Assembly (NCBI GenBank): GCA_964016885.1
Contig: OZ024742.1
Location: 189,906,001-189,970,000 of the forward strand
DNA: 64,000 nucleotides
Reading direction: 5' to 3'
Source of the DNA: Eledone cirrhosa
Taxonomy: Eukaryota
A model generated the notes under the pieces. It was not told the origin of the DNA. It did not search any database and worked only from the letters and a program-made list of their open reading frames with translations. Below are positions 12,777 to 26,613 of the stretch, one piece after another. Numbering within the stretch: the stretch's first letter is position 1; every line of letters starts with the position of its first letter. The position numbers and the translations under genes are program-made.

Positions 12777-13530
12777 ATGATGACAGAATGTGTGAAACAA
12801 TACTTTTGTATCATGTTTTGCCAAAAGCTTGGGGATGCCTAAGCAGAAACAATTAACGAAATTCAGCAGGCTTTTGGTGACAGTGCCATAGGTGTTACCC
12901 AAATAAAAGAATGGTAGAACTAGTTCAAAAATGGCGACACATTGATGGAACAGGGTCAGCATTCCAGGAAAATGTCAACCAATCACAATGCAGTTGTTAC
13001 CCAAAAAGTGTGGGACTTTATAATGAAGGACTATCGTTTGATTGTACTGGAATTCAGTGATGGGTTTAGCATCAATAAAGATTCTGCACATGCAATTTTA
13101 AAGGAGAATTTGAGCATGTACTGAATGGCAGAAAAATTTATGTGCAATTTCTGTCAAAGAACAAAAAAAAAAAATGTGTGTCAAAGAACAAAAAAAAAAA
13201 AAAAAAAAATTTAATCTTGAAGTTGTTCAGCACCTGAGTTCCTGAATACTGGGATAACTAGAAATGAGACATTAGTATATGAGTATGATTCAGAAACCAT
13301 CCAATGCTATCAAGGCTCAGAAAAGGTATGTCAGGTGCCAAGCAAAATCAATGACTGTTTACTTCAAATAACGAGGTAGTGTGCCTCACAAATATGCATG
13401 GACAAACACTTAAAAAGGAGTACAACCAACACCTATGTGATGCAGTTTAATGCAAGATCTGTGGGCCTCAAAAGACACTATGCCAGGCTTGTTCGGACTT
13501 TTGATTTTTCCCCCAAAATGAAGATGCCAT
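12777..13530 (+). pseudogene. mariner (Mos1-type) transposase relic
   Basis: MTECVKQYFCIMFCQKLGDA*AETINEIQQAFGDSA..QIKEW*N*FKNG (HTH), SAHAILKENLSM, ITRNETLVYEYDSET (decayed TGDETW..YDPET); many stops. Confidence 0.8.
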
Positions 13531-13904
13531 TGAAAAGACAAGCAAAAACAGACAAAACTACTATCAAATCCTCAGCTGTTGTATGTGGCTCAAACACAGT
13601 TTTGTATCTTTGAATAACAGGACTGCAAATCTCATAGCACCACTGGCTATGAAAATAACCACCAAAGACAATTAAAGCAAATAAGATGCTGATAAACATA
13701 CATTTAGTCTCACTATGATCATATTACAGATACTTCATATTTGGAGGAAGATCAGTGTATATATGCATTTCATTGTCATTATTGTTTTGACTTTGCCTTT
13801 CATCCTTACGGGGTCGATAAAATAAAGTACCAGTAATGTACTGGGTAATTTCTGGCCCTGTGCCTAAAGTAGAAACAATTATTGTTTAATCGATATGATC
13901 ATAG

Positions 13905-14230
13905 CTTAAAATACTTGATAGAGTATGTAGCTCGGAGATCAGAGAGTCACTCCAGGTAGAGCTGCTACATCTCTGAATTGAGGGATCACAGCTCTGATAC
14001 TATGGGTATGTGGTTAGAATGTTTCAGGAAAGAATTATGGACAGATTTTACGGGCAAAACCAACCAGCAGGAGATCCAGAGGTAGACCACAAGCAAAACG
14101 GTTGGATAACATCCATGAGCTCAGCTGATCCTGCTTAGGGGACCAGCCACATCAGTTGGAGAGGGTTGCTTCTGATAGAACCCATTGGAAGGGGTGTTTG
14201 AGGACTCTGCCCCCAATACCCTCTCAAGAA
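13905..14230 (+). pseudogene. RTE LINE 3' relic
   Basis: Homologous to 21545-21860(-); YYGYVVRM...AKPTSRRSRGRP. Confidence 0.65.
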
Positions 14231-14741
14231 TAATCTGTTGGCAGATTGTCTATGTGACTTTTGTGATGGTTTTGGAGTCCTACATTTGACAAGCATATTC
14301 AGCCATACTCATAGCAAACAAATTCATGAACAACTGGGTCTACACATACATACATACATAGACTCATACTCACACATATATAAGTGTAAAGTAATATATG
14401 GACCCTGCTAAGGTTGCACTAACAGTGTGAAGTGTTTTTCACAACTACTGGTATATATATTTATAACTTCATTATAATATATCCACCTCGAGCTCTCTAA
14501 ACCATTGCAGTTATTTCAATGTAGTTTTGTAAACTAACTTTCTTCAGTCAACTTCATGAATAATATTAGCATATTTATTTAAGGCAGGAAAATAAGAAGT
14601 CCACCACTTGAATTAACAGTTGGAAAGAAAGCACATACAGTCAGATGTGTAGTTTCTCTCTCTCTTGCATACACACACACATATATATATAACCCATGCT
14701 AGCATGGAAAATGGACGTTAAACAGTGATGATGATGATGAT

Positions 14742-14781
<40 letters not shown>

Positions 14782-15055
14782 TGGGGGGGGAGAGGGAGAG
14801 AGAGAGCCAGTGAATCTTGAGGCGATAGAATACAGTGTAGCAATAATGTAATGTAATAAATTAAGTTGAAAACAGGACAAAATACAAACAGAAAAAAATC
14901 AAATGGAAAACCAGAAGACATAAACGAATGAAATGAGAAATAGGACATAACTCAATAAACATTTCAGAACCACAGGTATTTTTGGTTGTATGAGTAATAC
15001 GAGGGTGTCTTGATAAGTTCCTGGCTTTAGGTAAAAGAAAATACAAGAGGATCAG

Positions 15056-15398
15056 TCCCGTCCCACCACCCCCACCCCATCCACACCACCCCATTCTATG
15101 TAAAGTTATGTTGGTGCCGCGCCATCCAGGCCGAAACAAATGAGATCGTGTAGGTGTCATGACAAAAAAACACACAGTCCACGCTGTAATGTGGCCGTGT
15201 AGGCAACACGGTAAAAACCTCCCAGACCCACACTGTAAATGTGGTTGGTGTTAGGAAGGGCATCCAACTGTAGAAAACCTGCCAGACAGTCCTATGCGAG
15301 CAAGACAATCACTCTTGCCTCAAGTGGGAATACCCCCGTCCAAACCCATGCAAGCGTGGAACACGGACGTTAAACGTTGATGATGATGATGATGACGA
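15056..15398 (+). mobile_element. 5'-truncated copy of young RTE 3' UTR
   Basis: Near-identical to 26055-26393; (GAT)n tail; preceded by a mariner-like end TACGAGGGTG at 14998. Confidence 0.8.
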
Positions 15399-15574
15399 TT
15401 CTCCTCTCAGATTCACACACGTATTGCAGCAGTCTTACTTCCCCTGTACTGATAACAGCGGTACCTTTTCATGATACCCTTAAAGCCAGGAGCTTTTCAG
15501 CACCTCCTCGTATACCATAGCTCTGAACTCTACTCTGGCTGAGTAGCCAAAGTAGGCCATATATATATATAGTC

Positions 15575-15870
15575 ACTTCAGCCACACACCCTGGTATTGC
15601 AGCCCACTATGCAGAGGAAAGGAAGATAAACAAATAGTGAGGATTGTCCAGCCACTTCCTCTTCGCACCGATCGCCGTCAAGACCTCAGGTATACTTGGG
15701 CCCTACACTGCCGAGCTCCTCCACAAGATCAGAATACTAGTGGCCCATCTGAGAAAGGAGCCCTGTGAGGTGGGGTGGCTGTTGCAGCGGGTGTCACTGG
15801 TCATAGTCTGTGAGAATGCTTTTGTGGTCATGTCCATTGAGCACAACCCCATTACCACCGTACCCTAGGC
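15575..15870 (+). pseudogene. CRE-like non-LTR restriction-like endonuclease C-terminal fragment
   Basis: GIAAHYAEERKINK...FLFAPIAVKTSGILGP...EVGWLLQRVSLVIVCENA. Confidence 0.7.
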
Positions 15871-16959
15871 CCAGAGTCCAATCACCCTTCCCCTGTCCCA
15901 TTCTTCTGTGACGCTAGAGCTCTTGCCTTTCCCTTCCCTTTTTTTAAAATATCTTAGACCACGAAAAACAGGCAGAGGTGGTGAGAGCAGACCTCAGATA
16001 TCTGAAACTCACGGAGGAGATGACAAAGGACTGTGACAAGTGGAGAGATGCTGTATTGAATAGGACCTGTCCAACTCTTGCAAGCAGGAAAAAGTGGACG
16101 TATGATGATGATGATGATCTTATATATATATATATCATGTTTAATATAGAAATGGCTTCTACAGGACTAGACCTGTTCTATTCAAAGGAAATCATCAGAA
16201 AATGTGTATATATTAAATATATATATATAAATTTGGTGATAGGAAGAGCACCCAGCCATCTAAAAGTTGTCAAAGTTGTGTTGGGAGACTTACCAGTTGT
16301 GTCAAAGACTTGTCAACCTTCTCAGTGATGGTGTATGATAAATTGCACTCAGTACACTCTGTAGAGTACAGAAACATATGTAAGTGAGATGCAGGTCGCT
16401 GGCCCATCTGAGAAGTCAGTAGCACTGATTTAGTGTTGACTTGGTCTGTGATAATCCATCCAACCCTCTTGTTAACAGAGGAAACAGTTGTTAAATGGTG
16501 ATGATGATGAGGATATAGTTTTATATGCTTTGTTGAAAATATATATCTCTTCTCTTGCCAGATTTCATGACATCTCTGCCACATGAAATAAGTTGACAGA
16601 GTCCTTAGACAGTCATTAGGCAGTCATTAAAGAGTCAGGTAGAATACCTTGTGGTAATTGTTCCCTCTCTCTGTGATTTTCATACCCTACAGAGGTCAAC
16701 ATAAACTTTCATCCTTTTGAAGTCAATAAAATAATACACCAAGTCTCTGATGGTAGATGGTGGATTGGTAAAATTGTTAGAACTTCAGATGATATATCTT
16801 ATGGTAGTATCTGTTCCAGCATTTTGTATTCTATGTTGAAATTCCACCTCTGAATTTAAATCTGAATTTAAATACCCAGGGCTAGTCACCTGACCACAGG
16901 ATCACAACTGATTATGAAAAATGCAATTGGTGGAGCGATAACATGGATGTCTGCTAATG

Positions 16960-17024
16960 TAACCAGATGATGACAATGATAAGATGGAAAAGAATGATGA
17001 TAACAAGGATGACAATGGTGGTGG

Positions 17025-17069
<45 letters not shown>

Positions 17070-17440
17070 CAGTGGTGATAGCAATGGTGGCGAGGATCAT
17101 GATGATGATGATGATGATGATGGTGGCATGCTGGTGGCAATAATGAAGATAATGATGGTGATGATGATGATGATGATGATGATGACAGTAGTGGCAGCAA
17201 TGGTGACGAGGACGATGATGATAGTGTAGTGCTGGTGGTGATGATGATGATATCAATGACAGTAGTGGCAGCAATGGTGACAATGACAGTAGTGACAGCA
17301 ATGATAGTGGAGTACTAGTGATGATGATGATGATGATGATGATGATAATGACAGTGGTGACAGCAATGGAGCTGAGCACGATAATGATGGTGAAGAGTGC
17401 TGGTGGTGATGGTGATGGTGATGATAGTGCTGATGATGCC
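16960..17440. repeat. Degenerate (GAT/GGT/GAC)n trinucleotide repeat
   Basis: Direct inspection. Confidence 0.9.
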
Positions 17441-19236
17441 ATCTGAATGAAATATTGAGCAGAATTGTCTGCAGGTTTTCAAATAGTGAAAGAAATAGTT
17501 TACTTTCAGACCAATTCAGAACATTAAATATTCATTTACATTTTCTTAACAAAAATAAGGTGAAAGGGGAAAAATACATTTTATCTTGATCAAGGTTATG
17601 GTTGTATGCAAGAAATAATTTTAAGTCAAAGTCATTAGTGACACAATTATAATCTCTATGTATGGAGGAAAAAAGTACCAGTAACCATTATCTTGAAATA
17701 CTCATATCATTTAGGAATCAAACTATTTAATATGAAATTTTATTTTATTATAACATTACTTGATGTAAGATTTTAGTTTGATGAAGCATAAAATAAGAAG
17801 AGAAGAAATGGTTGACCTTTTAATATATAATATGCAAATACATAATTCTTTCTTGTATTGCCATCGATGTAGCAGCATGACCTAATGGCTATGAAGTTCA
17901 CTTTGTAGTCATAAGGGCCCAAGTTCAATCCCACTGTGTGGCATCATGAAGAAATGTCATTTACCATGACCTCAGGTCAACTTATATCTTATAAGATAAT
18001 TGAAATGAAAAACAAACATACTCAATATACAAAATCTCACAATGATTGACATTATATAAAAATAATTGAGCAATAAAATAAAAATAAAGCACAAAAGGAA
18101 GAAGAAAAAAGGAAAGAGAAAAGGGATCAAAACAAAGGAAGAAACAAAGAGATCAAGCAATGAAAGTGAAATTAGGTAAATGGAAACTGCTTGGAGACCC
18201 ATCAGATGGACTGTATCTGTAATTCAAAAGGCCAGCCTTGTAACATACTGTGTCACACAGAATTAATAACAATGAAAATTATTATGTACTGTGCTCAAGT
18301 GCACTACAACTCATCAAAGGTAGTATTTTTCTAATTATCCAAATTATTGATTATTTTCAAAATTATTTGAAAATCATAGGCGGTAATTTTTATTAGAAGT
18401 TTGTTAACAAAGGGTTAAATATAGAAACATTTTATCTGAATATAAAGTACTTGGTGTATATCCAGGATCGAATATTGAGCTTATGCTGGTGTTATTCTCA
18501 CTACAGTTATATATCCTAGAAAATGCTTATATTTCATTTTCTGAAGATTTCATATTTAGTATAATGCCTTCATTTTGAAAGGTTTTACTACAACAAGCAT
18601 TTTAGGACCCATGTTCCCTGCTAAAGAAGCCTCATGGCAGATTTTTTGCCCATCATTGTGTCCTTATTTTAGATAGTGTTTTATGACCAGGTGCCCTTTC
18701 TGGCACTAACATTTTCAAACACCCCATACAGTTTGCAGGAATATGGTGTACCTATTCTAAACCAGATACACACAGCTAATGTGGAGACACGTGGCCTAGC
18801 GGTAAGGGTCTTACAATCATAATGCTGAGGGTTCGATTCCTGGGTTGCATGTTGTATTCTTGAGAAAAATACTTAATTTCACGTTGCTCCAGTATACTCA
18901 GCTCAAAATGAGCAATAGCTGGGGATTTAACCCTGCAATAGATTGGCATCCTGTCCAGGGGGGAGTCTTGTACTCTCAGTCGCTTCATGCCATAAAACCG
19001 GGATAAACATCAGCCAAATGAGCCTTCTGGCTTCAGACAGACTTTAGAGGTTTTTTTTAGACACACAGCTAAAGTATATTTAATATCTCTCTACCCGCCT
19101 ACTTGTCCTTAATTTCCTTTGCTAGATACAATTTAAGAATTTCAAATTTATTATTCATCAGAAAAAAAATGTTGGTTTGTGTTTCAACAAGTTTCTCTAT
19201 GTCTAGCACTTGTCAAAATACTCACCAAGCTGCTTT

Positions 19237-19468
19237 TAACTCATAACAACCTGTAATGATTTACCAGAAAATAATTAAAAATGGATTTGTTAATACAAAT
19301 GTTTGTAGTATCTTTTCACTCATGGACAGATCTCAGATCTTTGTGAAAATTTGCAGCATTAAAGTAAAGACACGAATTGTTTAATGTGGTGAAGACATTG
19401 TGCAGTCCTGGACTTTTCATCAATGTCTTCCTAATGTGATTTCATGTGGTACTGAACATTAAAAGTTA
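19237..19468. mobile_element. TTAA-bounded MITE, second family
   Basis: TTAACTC...AAAAGTTAA ends; homolog 40000-40248 (TTAACTCTTAA...TTAAGAGTTAA). Confidence 0.5.
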
Positions 19469-19588
19469 AATACCTGAACAAAAAAAATGTAGTTCATTTT
19501 TCTTTTTTTCTGATACTATGAACTAATGACTTGTGACAAATAGCTTCAGTTATTTTCTATACTATACATACAGACATATATATATACA

Positions 19589-19676
<88 letters not shown>

Positions 19677-19708
19677 TATAGACATATATATATATATATA
19701 TATATACA

Positions 19709-19776
<68 letters not shown>

Positions 19777-21544
19777 GACATATATATACACATATAGACA
19801 TATATATATATATACATATAGACATATATATATATAGGCATATATATATAGACATATATATACATATAGGCATATATATATAGACATATATATATATATA
19901 TATATACATATAGTCATATATACATATATATACATACATATACATACATATACATACATATACATACATATACATACATATACATATATATATATATACA
20001 TACATACATATACATATATATATATATACATACATACATATACATATATACATACATATACATCTATATATAGATATATATATATATATATGTATGCATA
20101 TATATACATATATATATATGATATATATATATATATGATATATTTATATATTTACATATACATATCTACATATATATACATATATATATAAACTTGAGAG
20201 AGGCCAAAGAATTACTATTGGTGGAGCTTAATGTTCTTGCTTTCAGTTTGAAAGGTTTTACTGATGTCCAGGAATGAACTTGACAGCAGCAACTCTGGGA
20301 TTAAGAAGATTGAATTAACTATAAAAGAAAAAAATTCCATCGTTATATGAGAAAGGATTTAGAATCAGATTTGAGATAAAGAAGAGAAGAAACTGTCTGC
20401 ATTAATCAGTGACTGGGATATTAAGAATATAGAAATTGTATCTGAAGTAAAATGTCTTCGTATCAGGACATTGATATGCAAATGATATAGCAGAAAAATA
20501 TGAAAAAAAAAAGCAAATAGCTATAATCGATGTAAAGTAAGTGTATGCTAGAGGTTAACTGATAGCTTTTGCTATGTAAATCTAACATATATTGAAGACA
20601 ATCATGGCTCCTTAATCATCTTCATATCTGCAGTGTATAGTGATGGCTTGATTGTAGGACAGTAGGTTGGACAGGGTTAATGACGCATAGTTCCAAGTTA
20701 AGATCCTGCTTAACCCTTTCATTACCATATTTCATGTCATGCTAATATGAAAAGCTGACATTAAATGATGATGATAATGATGATAAACACTTTAAACCTT
20801 TCAGTACAATATTTCTAATGAAAGACCCTGCCTATAGTTTTCAAATAATTTTGAATATAGTGAAGAATGTGGAGAGATTTGATAATATAACTAACTTTCT
20901 CATTATTGAATTAATTGGTGAATGGAACATAACAAAACGTTCTTACATAACATTATGATGGAAGGCTTCAGATAAATATAAAAACTTTAAAATAAATAGT
21001 TTTGTATCATAGAACTAGAAAAGTTTTCCAGTGATTTGGTATCAAAATGCTTGACTTATCATTATCATCATTGTATAACATCCACTTTCTTTGCTAGTAA
21101 GGGTTAGATTGGTTATCAGCAGACCAGGCTAGTACATTAAGTAGAGGTAATGACCTTATGGTCAGTCAGGATCTTGCATCTTGCTTACATTCCTGCACCC
21201 TACTGTGTGCTCGGGTGCACTGGCAGCCTTCAACTCTTATCTGATTTTACTCACTACCGAGTGTACTAGCAAGGTTGTCATTTCCTAAACGATCCTCTAA
21301 ACCCTTTATTTGGCAAGTTTTCTATGGTCAGTTGTCTTTCCTATCACCAATCATTTTACAGTAAGTACTGAGTGTGTTTATTATGTAAATTCCAATGTTA
21401 ATGAGGTTAGCAGAAGACTCCTCATGACTCTTTGGTAAGGTTTCTTTTTTATCTTTCTTGGGTTAGTAGAATTGATACCAACAATTAAAGAGTAGTCAAG
21501 ATATAAAATACAAGAAGGTGGTAAAAGTTCTTCTTCTTTTCCCA

Positions 21545-22020
21545 TTTATTCCTGAGAGGGGCAGAGTCCTCAAACACTCCTTTCAGTGGGTCCTGTCAGA
21601 AGCAACTGTTTCCAACTGATCCCTCTGGATGCCCAAGTGAGACCAGCCAAGTTCATGGATGCTATCCAACCATCTTGCTTGCGGTCTTCTCCTGGGTCTC
21701 TTGCCGGTTGGTTTTGCCCACAAAATCTGTCTAGCGATTCTTTCCTAAGACATTCTAACAACATGCCCATAGTATTGGAGCTGTGATCTCTCAAATCAGA
21801 GAAGTAGTGGCTCTACCTGGAGTGACGCTCTGATCCCTGAGCCACTCACTCTATTGAGTAATGTTACTCCAAAGAGCCTTTGGAGTAACCCTATTTCGAC
21901 CTCTTGTATTCCCAATCATATTCTTACCCAAGATTCATGACTATAGGTAAGGGTCAACATAAATACAGAATTAAAGATAGCAAGTTTGGGTTTTACATCT
22001 ACCTCCCTTCTGATTACCAA
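21545..22020 (-). pseudogene. RTE LINE 3' relic
   Basis: Translates to YYGHVVRM...AKPTGKRPRRRPQARWLD-like segment. Confidence 0.7.
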
Positions 22021-22079
22021 ATTGCTTTTTTTGTATAAGTTCAATTAATTATTTATCTCTCTTATGGACATTTATATAC

Positions 22080-22120
<41 letters not shown>

Positions 22121-23151
22121 TGTAAACATGGTTGGTGTTAGGAAGGGCATCCAGCCGTAGAAAACCCGCCAGACAATCCTATATGATCAAGACAACCAAT
22201 CATGCCTCACGTGGGACAATTCCCGTCTAAACCCATGCTAGCATGGAAGATAGACGTTAAACGATGATGATGATGATGATGATGATGATGTCTCCTTCTC
22301 AACAAGGAAGATGAAAAAACACTTAATTTTAAATCTTTAATTTTTAGTTTTTAATCCTTATAATTCTTTTTATTTGTAATACTCAACATTTGATAAGATG
22401 AATTTTACTAATACATCAAAACCGGTAATACTTTATATACTTTATATACATTATAAAACTCTTTTTTTAAAAGAATTGTCCCTCTCATTTTTTCAATAAT
22501 GCCACTTTAACGAATCAAAGAAAGAAAAAAAAAAAGAAAAACAGACCCTTTAATATATTTTCAGTGCTATTTCCAATTCCACCTTCCCTCTATAACCATT
22601 GTTTTGTATAGAACCTTACTTGCCTTTTGAAATATATATATACCATCAACCATACTGTTATATATATATAGTAATGACAATGATTACAATAGTGATGATG
22701 ATAGTAATGATGATGTTGTTACTTATATTTCTGTCAGCATTCACCCAGGATAAGTTGAGCCTACTCTAACCAGTGCAGCAACAACATTAACCCTTTAGTT
22801 ACCAACCCAGCCAAAACTGGATTTGGTTCCATCAAATAAAACCACCCATTTTAGAGGTTTCCAAATTAAATCAAAATCTTCCAACATAAATTTATATAAG
22901 AATATTACATTAATTTACTATCATAGTAATGATTAATAATTTCAGTAAATCCCTTGAAATTCTTCATTAATTAATTAAAGTAATGAAGAATTTCAAAGGA
23001 TTTACTGAAATTAACTCTGCCTTTTATCCTTACGGGGTCGATAAAATAAAGTACCAGTAATGCACTGGGTAATTGCTGGCCTTGTGCCTAAAGTAGAAAC
23101 AATTAATTAATTAAAGTAATGTGTACTTCATTAGAAATGCAGTCATGAAAT

Positions 23152-23757
23152 TACAGATATTGTCACAGATGTCAATCACAGATATTGTCACAGCCATCAA
23201 TCACAGACATTGTCACAACTGTCAATCACAGATATTGTCACAGACATTGTCACAACTGTCAATCACAGATTGTCACAACCGTCAATCATAGACATTGTTA
23301 CAACCGTCAATCACAGACATTGTCACAACTGTCTATCACAGACATTGTCACAGCCATCAATCACAGACATTGTCACAACCGTCAATTACAGATTGTCACA
23401 GCCATCAATGACAGACATTGTCACAACCGTCAATCACAGACATTATCACAACCATCAATTACAGATTGTCACAACCGTCAATCACAGACATTGTCACAAC
23501 TGTCAATCACAGACATTGTCACAAGTGTCAATCACAGACATTGTCACAAGTGTCAATCACAGACATTGTCACAAGTGTCAATCACAGACATTGTCACAAC
23601 TGTCAATCACACATTGTCACAACTGTCAATCATACATTGTCACAGCTGTCACTCGCACATTGTCACAACCGTCAATCACACAGATTGTCACAACTGTCAA
23701 TCGCAAACATTGTCACAACCGTCAATCACAGATTGTCACTAACAGTCAATCACTGAT
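23152..23757. repeat. 25-bp minisatellite (TTGTCACAAC(C/T)GTCAATCACAGACA), about 24 copies
   Basis: Head-to-tail units of 23-25 bp with no unique spacers. Confidence 0.95.
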
Positions 23758-24247
23758 ATTGTTTCTACTTTAGGCACAAGGCCAGCAATTACCCAGTGCG
23801 TTACTGGTACTTTATTTCATCGACCCCGTAAGGATGAAAGGCAAAGTCAACCTCGGCGTGTCAGCCAGTTACAATTCCAATGACAGCCACCATATATGCA
23901 AGGACCAGATGTTAGCTCAAAATCCGACAGGATCATGCCAATCCACAATTTCAACTGTTTATACCATCTCTGGAGATTTGACAGCATAAGATGAGTTAAT
24001 ATTTAGGGCAATAGAGGGCATGACTAAACCAACAGAGGTTCCTTTTGAATAGAAACTTTTGGAGGACATTAACCGGCTGTAACCAGTCACTCATACTGAT
24101 GTTAAGGTATTGTACTCAAAATAAATAATATCAAAATCTTGTAGATTCAATATTATGTGAGATAATTATGTGAGATAAAGCCTTTACAATGTGAATGCTA
24201 AAAGGTTAATCCAATAGAGACTATGAATTCCAAAATTGGCACAATGT

Positions 24248-24467
24248 ATGATGATGATGATGATGATGATTAGGAGGAGGAGGAGGAGGAGGACAACAAC
24301 AACAACAATAATGATGATGATGAGGTCGACAACAACAACAACAACAAAAACAACAATGATCACCGCGATTATGATGATGATGATGCTGAGGTTGACAACA
24401 ACAACAACAATGACAACCATGATTATGATGACCATGATGATGACGAGACAACAATGACCACGACATT

Positions 24468-24502
<35 letters not shown>

Positions 24503-24791
24503 AATGATGATGTTGATGATGATGATAATGATGTTTCTTATTGACCACAGAGCTAAGGACATTATGATGATGATGATGTTGATGATGATGATGATGATGA
24601 TGATAATGATGATGAGCTTGACAACAACAACAATAACAATGACCACGACGATTATGATGATAATGATGATGATGATGATGATGATGATGAGGTTGACAAC
24701 AACAACAACAACATTGACCACCACGATGATGATGATGATGATGATGACAAGGTTGACAACAACAACAACAACAACAATGACAACTACGATT

Positions 24792-24827
<36 letters not shown>

Positions 24828-25008
24828 GTGATGATGGTGATGATGGTGATGATGATGATGATGATGATGATGGTGATGATGGTGATGATGATGATGACAA
24901 TGACGATGAGGGTGATGATGGTGATGATGATGATGACAATGACTATGACAATGACTATGATGATGACAATGATGATGATGATAATGATGATGATGATGAT
25001 GATGATGA
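24248..25008. repeat. Compound (GAT)n/(CAA)n repeat with higher-order unit
   Basis: Recurrent (GAT)n-GAGGTTGAC-(AAC)n-AATGAC-GATTAT block. Confidence 0.9.
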
Positions 25009-25390
25009 ATAAGTAGGAAAAAAACAAAAGCCTGTAAAAAGAACTAATTCATTGCCATAAACAAATATAGTGGAGTCTGTGTAAACAGAGAAGATAAAAA
25101 GCTCAACGATAAAATATCAGCAACAATAAATAATAGAAAAGTAATTTATCATAAAGACACAGTGAAAACAATTAATCTATCTTGTAGCTATATTAGTTAT
25201 AGAGGAAAGTGGGTGAACATCTCTCAACACACTGGATCATTATATAGGAACAGTTAAACATATAAACAACAGACTTTGAAACTATAATATATATATATAT
25301 ATCTATAATATATATATCTATATATCTATCTATAATATATATATATATCTATATATATATCTATCTATATATATATATATATATATATAG

Positions 25391-26393
25391 CTCTTTCAAT
25401 TGCGCAGAGGGTTCTATAGAAATAGTGGACAGCTTCCGTTACCTGGGCGATAAAATCAGCAGTGGGGGAGGGTGCTCTGAAAGTACTGTAGCTAGAGTCA
25501 GAACTGGTTGGAAAAAGTTCAGAGAGCTTATACCACTATTAGCTGCTAAAGGGTTCTCACTAAAAATGAAAGGCAGGTTGTACGATGCCTGCATACGAAC
25601 AGCAATGCTGCATGGCAGTGAGACCTGGGCATTGTGTGCAGAGGATATACGCAGACTAGAGAGGAACGAAGCTTGCATGCTCCGCTGGATGTGTAACAGT
25701 AATATACGTGAACGGCAAAGCATAAACGAACTAAGGAAAAAATTAGAGATAAGAGGGATCAGATGTTGTTTACTCGAGAGAAGGCTACGTTGGTATGGAC
25801 ACGTGATGCGCATGAAAGTCGATAGCTGTATAACAAAGTGCAGGGCAATAAAGATAGACGGTAGTCACGGAATAGGCAGACCTAGAAAAACCTGGGACGA
25901 GCTGATAAACTCCGACATCACACACTTACACCTCTCCAAGACAATGTCACTGGACCGAGACCTTTGGCGGTACTCAGTAACAGAGAAGACCCGCCTTACC
26001 TAAATACAAAGTAAAACCTACTACAGTCAGTAGGCATCTCTAACAAAATACACCCCCGTCCCACCACCCCCACCCCATCCACACCGCCCCTTTCAATGTA
26101 AAGTTATGTTGGTGCCACAAAATCCAGGCCGAAACAAATGAGATCGTGTAGGTGTCACGACAAAAAAACACACAGTCCACGCTGTAATGTGGCCGTGTAG
26201 GCAACACGGTAAAAACCTCCCAGACCCACACTGTAAATGTGGTTGGTGTTAGGAAGGGCATCCAACTGTAGAAAACCTGCCAGACAGTCCTATGCGAGCA
26301 AGACAATCACTCTTGCCTCAAGTGGGACTACCCCCGTCCAAACCCATGCAAGCGTGGAACACGGACGTTAAACGTTGATGATGATGATGATGA
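25391..26393 (+). mobile_element. RTE-clade LINE, 5'-truncated (RT thumb/C-terminus + 3' UTR + (GAT)n)
   Basis: ORF 25425-26003: FRYLG, MLHGSETW, RRLRWYGHVMRM, GRPRKTW; starts at (TA)n. Confidence 0.9.
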
Positions 26394-26539
26394 TATGTTC
26401 AGAAGAGATTATATATATATATATATGAACGTATGTATGTATGTATGTATGTATGTATATGTAGGTACATATGTATGTACGTATGAATATAAATGTATGC
26501 ATATAAATGTTTTGTATATATATATACATATATATATAC

Positions 26540-26612
<73 letters not shown>

Positions 26613-26613
26613 C

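Noticed and set aside
23152-23757. CRISPR-like array
   Set aside because: Contiguous tandem units, no unique spacers, no cas genes, eukaryotic context
24184-25027. Poly-Met/Ile/His/Asp ORFs (also 16.9-17.4 kb, 3.8 kb and the Pro-rich ORF at 31.9 kb)
   Set aside because: Trinucleotide repeats with no splice or domain evidence
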